Below are positions 54,401-64,000 of a stretch of 64,000 bases of DNA, piece after piece. Source of the stretch: Eledone cirrhosa (lineage: Eukaryota); NCBI GenBank assembly GCA_964016885.1, contig OZ024757.1, positions 5,084,001-5,148,000 on the forward strand. The letters are read 5' to 3'. Under the pieces are notes generated by a model. The model saw only the letters and a program-made list of their open reading frames with translations. It was not told the origin of the DNA and searched no databases. The position numbers and the translations under genes are program-made. How positions within the stretch are numbered: position 1 is the stretch's first letter; every line of letters begins with the position of its first letter.

Positions 54401-57293
54401 GTACTGTAATGTGGTGTCGTATAGTCTAGTGTGGTGTGGTATATTGTAGTGTTGTGTGGCATATTATAGAGAGGTGTGGTATATGGTAGTGTGATGTGAT
54501 ATAGTGTAGTGTGGTCTGGAATACTGTAGTGTGGTGTCATATAGTGTAGTGTAGTGTGATATATTGTAACGTGGTGGGATATATTGTAGTTTGGTGTGAT
54601 ATAGTGTAGTGTGGTGTGATATATTGAAGTGTGTTGTGGTATGTTGTAGTGTGGTGTGATTTAGTGTAGTGTGGTGTGGTATATTGTAGTGTGGTGTGAT
54701 ATATTGTAGTGTGGTCTGATATATAGTAGTGTGATGTGATATAGTGTAGTGTGGTGTGGTATAATGTAGTGTGATTTGGTCTATTGTAGTGTGTTGTGAT
54801 ATAGTGTAGTTTGGTGTGATATAGTGTAGAGTGATGTGGCATAATGTAGTGTGGTGTGTTATATTGTAGTGTGGTGTGACATATTGTAGTGTGGTGTGAT
54901 ATAGTGTAGTGTGGTGTGGTATACTGTAATGTGGTTTGGTGGGATATATTGTGGTGTGGTGTGACATATTGTAGTGTGGGTGGTATATTGTAGTGTTCTG
55001 TGGTATATTGTAGTGTGATGTGGTATAGTGTAGTGTAGTATATTGTAGTGTGATGCGGTATATTGTAGTGTGGGGTGATATATTGTAGTTTGGTGTGGTA
55101 TATTGTAGAGTAGTGTAATATAGTGTAGTGTGGTATATAGTAGTGTGGTGTTATATAGTGTAGTGTGGTGTGATATATTTTAGTGTGTTGTGGTATAGTG
55201 AAGTGTGGTGTGGTATATTGTAGTGTGGTGTGATATATTGTAGTGTGGTGTGATATATAGTAGTGTGATGTGATATATTGTAGTGTGGTGTGGTATATTG
55301 GTGTGATATGGTATATTGTAGTGTGTTGTGGTATATTGTAGTGTGATGTCATATACTGTAGCGTGGTGTGATATATAGTAGTTTCATGTGATATAGTGTA
55401 GTGTGGTGTGGTATACTGTAATGTGGTGTTATATAGTGTAGTGAGTTGTGATATATTTTAGTTTGGTGTGGTATATTGTAGTATAGATTAATATAGTGTA
55501 GCGTGGTGTGGTATATTGTAGTGTGTTGTGATATTGTGTAGTGTAGTGTAATATAGTGTAGTGCGGTGTGGTATAATCTAGTGTGGTGTGATATATGGTA
55601 GTGTGTTGTAATATATTGTAGTGTGGTGTGATATACTGTAGTGGGGTTTGATATATTGTAGTGTGATGTCATATACTGTAGTGTGGTGTGATATATAGTA
55701 CTGTGATGTGATATATTGTAGTGTGGTGTGGTATATTGTAGTGTGATGTGGTATATTGTAGTTTGATGTTGTATATTGTAGTGTGGTGTGATAGAGTGTA
55801 GGGTTAGTGATATATTGTAGTGTGGCGAGATATCTTGTAGTGTGGTGTGTTATAGTGTAGTGTGGTGTGATATATTGTAGTGTGGTGTGGTATATAGTGG
55901 TGGGATGTACTGTAATGTGGTGTGGTATAGTCTAGTGTTTTATATTGTAGTGTTGTGTGGCATATTATAGAGAGGTGTGGTATATGGTAGTGTGATGTGA
56001 AATAGTGTAGTGTGGTGTGGAATACTGTAGTGTGGTGTCATATAGTGTAGTGTAGTGTGATATATTGTAACGTGGTGGGATATATTGTAGTTTGGTGTGA
56101 TATAATGTAGTGTGGTGTGATATATTGAAGTGTGTTGTGGTATGTTGTAGTGTGGTGTGATTTAGTGTAGTGTGGTGTGGTATATTGTAGTGTGGTGTGA
56201 TATATTGTAGTGTGGTCTGATATATAGTAGTGTGATGTGATATAGTGTAGTGTGGTGTGGTATAATGTAGTGTGATTTGGTCTATTGTAGTGTGTTGTGA
56301 TATAGTGTAGTTTGGTGTGATATAGTGTAGTGTGATGTGGCATAATGTAGTGTGGTGTGTCATATTGTAGTGTGGTGTGACATATTGTAGTGTGGTGTGA
56401 TATAGTGTAGTGTGGTGTGGTATACTATAATGTGGTTTGGTGGGATATATTGTGGTGTGGTGTGACATATTGTAGTGTGGGTGATATATTGTAGTGTTCT
56501 GTGGTATATTGTAGTGTGATGTGGTATAGTGTAGTGTAGTATATTGTAGTGTGATGTGGTATATTGTAGTGTGGGGTGATATATTGTAGTTTGGTGTGGT
56601 ATATTGTAGAGTAGTGTGGTATAGTGTAGTGTGGTATATAGTAGTGTTGTGGCATAGTCAAGTGTGGTGTGGTATATTGTAGTGTGGTGTGATATATTGT
56701 AGTGTGGTGTGATATATAGTAGTGTGGTGTGATATATTGTAGTGTGGTGTGATATATAGTAGTGTGATGTGATATATTGTAGTGTGGTGTGGTATATTGG
56801 TGTGATGTGGTATATTGTAGTGTGTTGTGGTATATTGTAGTGTGGTGTGATATACTGTAGTGCGGTGTGGTATAGTGTAGTGTGATGTGATATACTGTAG
56901 TGTGGTGTGATATAGTGAAATGTGGTGTCCGTATATAGTAGTGTGATGTGATATAGTGTAGTGTGGTGTCGTATATTGTAGTGTGCTGTTGTATAGTGTA
57001 GTGTGGTGTTGTATAGTGTAGTGTGGTGTGGTATATTGTAATGTGGTGAGCTATATAGTAGTGTAGTGTAATATAGTGTAGTGCGATGTGGCATATCGTA
57101 GTGTGATGTGATATAGTGTAGTGTGGTATATTTTAGTATGGTGTGGTATATTGTAGTATTTTGTGATATATTGTAGTGTGATGTGATATATTGTAGTGTG
57201 GTGTGGTATATTGTTGTATGATGTGATTGAGTGTAGTGTGGTATATTGTAGTTTGATGTCATATAGTGTAGTGTGATGTGATATAGTGTAGTA
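42483..57293. repeat. ~14.8-kb pentamer-based satellite (20-bp consensus ATATT GTAGT GTGGT GTGRT)
   Basis: Direct observation, with strong G/T strand bias and higher-order duplications. Confidence 0.97.
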
Positions 57294-57589
57294 GGTTGTC
57301 GTGTATCTGATCTTGATGAAGCCTGTGTTTTGTTTACATTGTATATTGTGGAACATTTGTTTCTGTAAATATGTATAACATACACCTCTTCATGTCAAGA
57401 TTGTTTTTTCCTATTTGGGACTTGGTACTCAGAAGGTCTGTTCTGGAATGTTCTGGTCGGAATCTCTCTGTTAGCGTTTGTATATTTTTGTGTGTGAGTC
57501 TCTGTGTGTGTCTGTCTGTGTGTATGTAAGGGTGTATTTATATATATGTGTGTGTTTTCTTTAAGATATTCCCTTTTCGAGGGCGGGTA

Positions 57590-58472
57590 AAATTCCCGAG
57601 ATCCATGGACGAGTTCTCTCCAGCGGTCTCTGTCCCTCATTATCGCTGCCATGTCCTGCATCTCCAACAGACCAGTGTCTGTCCTTAGGGCATCAACATA
57701 CGTTAACCTTGATCTTCCACTTCCAGTGTGTCCATGTAGGGGCTCCCACAGGAGCACTGAGTGCAATGTCAATTCTGGATGCCGGTGAACATGTCCAGCT
57801 AACCTCAGTCTCCTCTGTGTCCCTTTTGAGCTGACTTTTGAGAGTCTCCCATACACCTCTGAGTTTTTCATCCTCAGAGTATACTGATTAATGTTCAGAG
57901 CCATCATCAGTATTCTCGTGTAGCACCCATCCACCATCTGAGTGCGTTTCTTGGTCAGTGTCCAAGTGTCAGACCCGTACAGCAGCACAGACTCCACTAC
58001 AGCAATTAAGAAGCGGATTTTCTTGTCTTTAAGAAGGTCAGCCTCCGACACCGATCTCAAGCTGTGGCACGGCGCCCAGGCTTTGCTCTTCCTCTCAACC
58101 ACATCATCTTCTGTATTCCCAATCTTTGCTCCCAAATACAGGAAGTCCTCAACCAATTCCAGCGGCTTCCCGCCTACATTAGTAATCCCCTCTGGCTTCT
58201 CAACATTCTCTACCAGATATTTTGTTTTAGTCTCATTCATTCTCAGCCCCACACTCATCAACACAGTCTCAACCTCCATCATCAAATACTCTGCCTCCTT
58301 CACTGTATTTGTCACTGAAACATTTTCGTCGGCAAATTCAGCATCCGATACCTTTTTCGCCCTAACTCTCCTGCTCTGAGCCGGTGCTACAGTAAAGCCA
58401 GAGTCCTGGTGTTTCTCCAGTGCAAGGCGCATATAATAGTCCACTACGATGATAAAAAGGTAGGGAGCCAAT
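57590..58472 (-). mobile_element. RTE-group LINE RT 3' fragment (different family)
   Basis: APYLFIIVVDY, EFADE, FLYLG, VESVLLYGSDTWTL, RRLRLAGHVHRH. Confidence 0.88.
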
Positions 58473-59216
58473 GTAAGATATATTTACCTATATACATCGA
58501 AAGTGTGTTCCATATTAACAGTGGAGCATGGTAAAAACATCTATTCTCGGTGAAAGCAAACGCAAAGAAAGACGGAGGAACCGGAAGCGAAAGAGGGGTA
58601 GAAGGCAGAAGTGGTGACTACGAAGGATATAGAGAGAGAAAGAGGAGGAGAGAAAGGAAGTTAATACAGGGTGACACAACGCAAGTCTAACCAGAACTAA
58701 TAAACAAGAGAGATCGATAAAGAGAAAGGGAGAGGGAGACAGGGGGAGAGAAAGAGAGAGGAGAAGGAGTTGATCCAAAAGAGTGATAGGATATAGGTCC
58801 GACCAGGAAAAACAAACCAAGCGAGATAGAGAGGGTGGAGAGGAGGTCACAGCAGTAAATACAAAAATATGGATTGAGAGAGATGTTGCTGTGTGGTTAC
58901 TGATAACGCGTGTTAGTAAGGCGACACAAACAAGAGATAAACAGTTTCCCTTCATCAGTTGTCTACAACGTGTCACAGATGTTTCAGCGCATTATAGACA
59001 TTACATCTATCCGTAGCACGCCCATAGACTTTTATATATCAAAAAGCCATGAGGGAAAGAAGTGATGGCGAAGAGAGAGAAATAAAGAAAAAAAAAGAAA
59101 AAAGGAAAATAAAGGAGAGAAATAAAGGAAAAAAAGTAGAAAACATACCGATAGGAGGGGCAAACACAGGACAGTGGTACATGTAAGTAGTAACCAATAT
59201 ATATATATACCGCACT

Positions 59217-59774
59217 ATGCTCCGCCTCTTCCGACGCCTCCAGTCCGCCTCCTCCACCTCCACCATCTTCCTATGCCCACCCCTCCCCTCATTCAAACAC
59301 GCGCGTAATCACCGCTCCCTCCTCGTCCACAGCTCTCTAGCACACCCGCCCCCGGTTCCCTTCCCTGCTCTAGACCTCGTTGCCACACCTGCCCCCCCCC
59401 AGATCACCAACACCACCACCTTCCAGCGTCCCAACGGCCACTCTTTCTCTGTCCGGCATGCCTTCCGCTGCACCTCCTCCAACCTCGTCTATGGACTTCG
59501 CTACACAGAGTGCAGCGCAACCTACGTCGGACAGACTGGACGTCGCCTGGCGGATAGGTTCACTGAGCACCTTGGAGATATCCGTCTCGGCGGGAGTTCC
59601 CTCATCGCCCGCCACTTTGGTTCCCCTGGACATTCCGCCCACCACCTCACAGTCTGCGGCCTGATCCAATGCCATGGGACCCCCGCCACCCGCCTCACGG
59701 TCGAGCAACACACCATCTTCACCCTACAGATCCACATACCCCCCGGCCTGAACTCGCCACCCCTCTTCCTTTAG
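59217..59774 (+). mobile_element. Penelope-like element GIY-YIG endonuclease fragment
   Basis: FRCTSSNLVY..C..TYVGQTGRRLADRFTEHL..IARHF..E..I..L..P.GLN. It starts just after a (TA)n tract. Confidence 0.88.
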
Positions 59775-60030
59775 CATTCGACCCCCTCCACTTATATTAC
59801 TCCCCTTCCCTCACATCATCACAGATACACTCCCTCTCCACCACTCCACCCACCACCACCCCTACACGCCTCGCACCATTTCACCACTTGTTTCTTTTAA
59901 TTTTAATTTTTTTACTCTCCAAAAAATTCCTTTTCCTCCCATTTCTCGCCCCACCTATTTTTAACTAATATTTTTAATGTATTTCCATCACTCCCCCACA
60001 CACCCTCGGAACCCTCTTCCTGCCCACTTT

Positions 60031-60066
60031 TCTCCTGATGAAGGGCTTATGCCCGAAACGTCGTCC
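60031..60066 (+). ncRNA. Minimal Penelope-type hammerhead motif in the 3' pseudo-LTR
   Basis: CTGATGA-a-GGGC ttat GCCC-GAAAC-GTC with palindromic ACGT stem III. Stem I is poor. AATAAA follows at 60095. Confidence 0.75.
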
Positions 60067-60103
60067 CCCAACCCCCACTCTCAAGCGTGAAACTAATAAA
60101 TTT

Positions 60104-60283
60104 TTCTACTTTAGGCACAAGGCCAGCAATTACCCAGTACATTACTGGTACTTTATTTTATCGACCCCGTAAGGATGAAAGGCAAAGTCAACCTCGGCGG
60201 GATTTGAACTCAGATCGTAAAGGGACGTAACTCTGCTAGAAACTATGGCGTCCAACCCTCTACCGATACTGCCAATTCACCAA
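60104..60283 (-). mobile_element. tRNA-derived SINE (33354 family)
   Basis: Reverse complement matches 33354-33541. Confidence 0.85.
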
Positions 60284-60453
60284 CATTTGTACTGCCTCTT
60301 CGCTTCCACGTTTTTTTGTTTTGTTTACTGTCGCAACTTGAAAAAAAAAACATATATTTATATATATATATATATAACGAAGGAAATGTGGTAAGGAACC
60401 AGGTGGACCATAACGCACCAAAGTACTCAATACTTGGGGTAGTAGAGTGGGTA

Positions 60454-60557
60454 ATAGGAACCAGTAAGACCCCGACGGCTGAGCTCAAGCCGTTTCGACG
60501 GCTAATTAGCCGTCGAAACGGCTTGAGCTCAGCCGTCGGGGTCTTACTGGTTCCTAT
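60454..60557. repeat. Perfect 104-bp palindrome made of two hammerhead 3' halves
   Basis: Centre ctaa|ttag. Each strand reads gacggct aatt agccgtc-GAAA-cggct tgagctc agccg-TC. Confidence 0.9.
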
Positions 60558-60670
60558 ATATATATATATATATATATTTAAAAGTTAAACAAGGTTCAAT
60601 GAATACATCAAAGAATGAGTTTTACAATAGATTGGAAGCACTCAACAGTGAGGTTTTCCAGAGTTATTAA

Positions 60671-62034
60671 TATTAATTCAAAATATTAACAAAATAGATA
60701 TTCTTGTGATCAATTATATTTTATTATACATATTTCAGAGGTACTAAGTTAAGTTCAACAGTAGGTCCTCGTTAGATAAAATAAGATGATGCATGACATA
60801 CCCTTACATAGTAGACGGTTAAGATTCAGTCATGGTAGTGATTAACTTATGACAAAACTCAATATTTATACCCTAATATTGAGAACGTGATAACATAATA
60901 AAAACAATAGAGAGGTTGCGTGTAATAGAGCTTAAGAAATACATGGCATCAATATAACAGTTATAAATGTTTTTATTTTCAAAAACTACTGGAGAAAGAG
61001 GAGGGAAAGGAAAGCATAGAGGAAGAAATAGCTGATGTGATAATATATATAGTAGGTGGCTTGAAAAAACAGATGAAAGATGATTAAAGAGAGAGCGAGA
61101 CAAAGGGGAGTAATTTATGTTCAAGTTTATATATGCAACACATGTCCAAATTAATATCGTTGCCGGTTAATTTTCAAAATATTTAATTTAAGTTATTTCA
61201 GAGTAATGAATAATATTTTAGGTTTTAAAAGTTAATAGGTATTTGTATTAATATTATAATTATGTTTTATTTCTAAAATTCAAATTTTATGAAAACAAAT
61301 TTAAAGGATTTACGAAACACGAGAAAGAAAATATATATATAATGTTTTTATATCTTCACGAAGGTAATCTTTACCAAAATTATTTATAATATTGACAACA
61401 GTTTATATAATATAATTTATAAAATAATTATAGTTATAATTATTAAAGAATTTATTGTTAAATAGTTTGAGTGCCTAAAGTATCAACCGGCCTTATAACT
61501 AAACTTAAAGAGTCCGAATTTTTAAAATATACAAAGATTATAGTTTATTATTTGTTTATAATTGAGGTGATACCTTTCAAATATATATAATATAATATAA
61601 TGCAATAATGCAATATAGTAAATAAGTTACTGCAAATATTGTTCAAGCCACCTACTAAATATATTATCACATCAACTGTTTCTTCCTCTATGCTTTCCTT
61701 TCCCTCCTCTTTCTCCAGTAGTTTAAAAAAAAATGTTATAACAGTTATATTGATGCCATGTATTTCTTAAGCTCTATTACACGCACCCTCTCTATTGTTT
61801 GTATTATGTTATCTCATGTTCTCAATATTAGGTTATAAATAGTGAGTTTTGTCATAAGTTAATCACTACCATGACTGAATCTTAACCATCTACTATGTCA
61901 GGGTATGTCATGCATCATATTATTTTATCTGATGAGGACGTACTGTTGAACTTAACTCAGTACCTCTGAAATATGTATAATAAAATATAATTGATCACAA
62001 GAATATCTATTTTGTTAATATTTTGAATTAATAT
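60671..62034. mobile_element. Inverted-repeat element: ~395-bp arms (60671-61065 / 61642-62034), each carrying a hammerhead
   Basis: The arms are diverged reverse complements with (TA)n on both outer sides. The left HHR (~60717-60783, minus) has a mutated core, CTAACGA. Confidence 0.88.
61921..61987 (+). ncRNA. Type I hammerhead ribozyme motif
   Basis: tattttat-CTGATGA-ggacgtactg..cagtacctct-GAAA-tatgta-TA-ataaaata. Predicted cut after 61979. Confidence 0.88.
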
Positions 62035-62445
62035 ATATATATATATATGCATATAAACAGAAAATGATGAACAAACAAAACACACTTATCAACATTATTT
62101 ATTCTTTACATAATGTTTCATACATAATCTAACACAGTGAATTTTAAAATAAATAAATAAATGTATAAATATATTTAAAATGTGTGGAAGTATTAATGAA
62201 TTTTATCTTCCATTTGTCGATATCTCGACTCCCTTCTCTTTCAATCTCTCGCTCCCTCTCTCTTTCTATCTACCCTTCACAACCCCTCCCACTCATTCAC
62301 TCTGGTGATTGATGTTGATGAAAGTAGGAGAGTGTGGAATGGTGTTCATGCTATCTTTCACAGAAACTCAAATGAAATTATGTATATTGTTAACGATGGA
62401 AGGGATCGAATGATTTCAATCAGATGAAATGCTTTGAAAACGCTA

Positions 62446-62539
62446 AATATATCTGAGGACCCTGCGAATGTAGAGTCAGGTTGGATCTATAATAGATCCT
62501 GCCTTGAGCTGATCATCGGAGAAACATATGTAATATGTT
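62446..62539 (+). ncRNA. Type I hammerhead motif with long stem II
   Basis: aatatat-CTGAGGA-[61 nt including the hairpin ggatctat/atagatcc]-GAAA-catatg-TA-atatgtt, with palindromic stem III ACATATGT. Confidence 0.72.
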
Positions 62540-63109
62540 AACAAAATGTGTTTTGATGCATCACTGATTCCTCGTTATCTATAATATATATATATATATA
62601 CACGAAAGGGTCAACAAACGTACCCCCCCAAAACAAGGTGCATCCCTTACTTTAGCAATCATCATCTGGTTTGCCAGCACTGTGGTCATAGTTGGAAAGA
62701 ACAAACAAAATGTAGGTAAGGAACTCCAAGAGGAACTGAAGCACGATTGTAAGGAGAGAAGTAAACAAGAACATGTAAAGAAGGAAAAATAAAAATAGAT
62801 ATAAAGAAAACAGATTTTTTAAAAAGTGAAAATAAAGGGGTAGGAAGGGGTGTATAGGTCGAGGATGGCAAGTGTGTATAGCAGTGGGTGGAGGCGAAGA
62901 GAAAGGTTGGGGAAGATAGAAAATGAGAGTCTGGGCAGGGATGGTGGAAGGTAAGGTGTATGTGTAGAAGAGGTCGATGGTATCATGAGGTAAAGATAAA
63001 GCTGGAGCGAGAGTAAAATGGTAATGAGGAAGTGAAATGGCAGTGTGGCACACGCAACCGGAAGTAGTGGTCGTTTCGGGAGAGTGGGAGCAGAGGGTGG
63101 TGTTGGAAG

Positions 63110-64000
63110 GACGGGGGGTGACGGGTATGAGGGGTTTTGTGGGGGTGGAGCGTGGAGGGTGACGCGTGTGGGGGTTAAGTGGGGGTGGAGCGTGGGGGTG
63201 ACGAGTGTGGGGGTAAAGTGTGGGTTAAGTGGGGGTTAAGTGGGAGTAGATAGGGGGGTGCCGGGTGTGAGGTGTTAAGTGGGGGCTTAAGTGGGAGTGG
63301 AGGGGGGTACAGGGGAGAGGGGTTAAGTGTGGGTGTGTGGTAGGTGGTGAGGGTGTAAGTGGGGGTGGATGGGTGGGGCTACTGGGTGTGAGGGGTTAAG
63401 TGTGGGTGAGGGTAGGGGCGACGGATGTGAGGGTTAAGTTGGGGTGGATGGTGGGGGATTAAGTGGGGCTGGGGGATGGGGGATCACGTGGGGGTGTGGG
63501 TGGAGGGGTGGTGGTGCGGGGGGGGTTACGTGGGGGTGTAGGGGTGAGGTAGGTGATAGGGGTTAGTTGGGTGGCGATGTGTGGGTGTGTGTGAGTAGAG
63601 GTTAGTATTAGTTTAGGGGAAGGGGAAGGTATGGGTGGTAGGGTGGCGGTGGAGGGGTGGGGGTTAGATGTGTGAGGGGTTAAGTGGGGGTGTAGGGGTT
63701 TAATGGGGTTTGTTGGGTAGAGGCTAGTTGGGTGGCGATGTGTGGGTGTGTGTGAGTAGAGGTTAGTATTAGTTTAGGGGAAGGGGAAGGTATGGGTGTT
63801 GGGGCGGTGTGGAGGGGTAGGGGTGACGGGTGTGAGGGGTTAACTAGGGTGTAGGGGTGGGGTAGGTGTTAAGGGGGTTAGTTGGGTGGAGGTTAGTTGG
63901 GTGGCGAGGTGTAGGTGTGTGTGAGTAGAGGTTAGTATTAGTTTAGGGGAAGGGGAAGGTATGGGTGGTGGGAACGTGTTGGTAGGGTGGGGGCGAAGGT
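63110..64000 (+). repeat. G-rich low-complexity region with GGGTTA-like words and three ~75-bp repeats
   Basis: Many G3-G7 runs. tagttgggtggcga..gtttaggggaaggggaaggtatgggt occurs near 63563, 63725 and 63894. Confidence 0.85.

Noticed and set aside
43693-57385. Many H/T/Y-rich ORFs
   Set aside because: They are pentamer satellite translations and are open in several frames
58935-59030. Minus-strand CTGATGAAGGGAAAC and a nearby GAAACATCTGT
   Set aside because: I could not assemble stems I-III with the core elements in the right order
62630-62675. Minus-strand cagatga-ttgc/gtaa-gggatgcacc as a decayed hammerhead
   Set aside because: Too many core mismatches to call

Overview
Eukaryotic, AT-rich, repeat-dominated genomic DNA. 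The mix of RTE/CR1/Tx1/CRE/Penelope retroelements, tRNA-derived SINEs, very long microsatellites and a CEICGKSF-type C2H2 zinc-finger array suggests a coleoid cephalopod such as an octopus (inference). The only host-type coding sequence is a truncated C2H2 zinc-finger ORF (34619-35062). Most long ORFs in the track are microsatellite artefacts. The standout signal is a set of type I hammerhead ribozyme (HHR) motifs read by eye from the sequence. Intact-core motifs lie at 8260(-), 9077(+), 60035(+, behind a Penelope GIY-YIG ORF), 61921(+) and 62446(+), and several decayed or half copies are also present. They sit in non-coding elements with a recurring layout: two oppositely oriented halves whose inferred 3' ends point outward into (TA)n tracts. 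The set includes an almost invariant 615-bp x ~8.4 concatemer with a variant HHR-like fold and an inverted terminal piece, plus palindromes centred on HHR stem II. Together these look like a Penelope-driven, (TA)n-targeting family of non-autonomous retrozyme-like elements. All RNA folds were paired manually and none has been tested.
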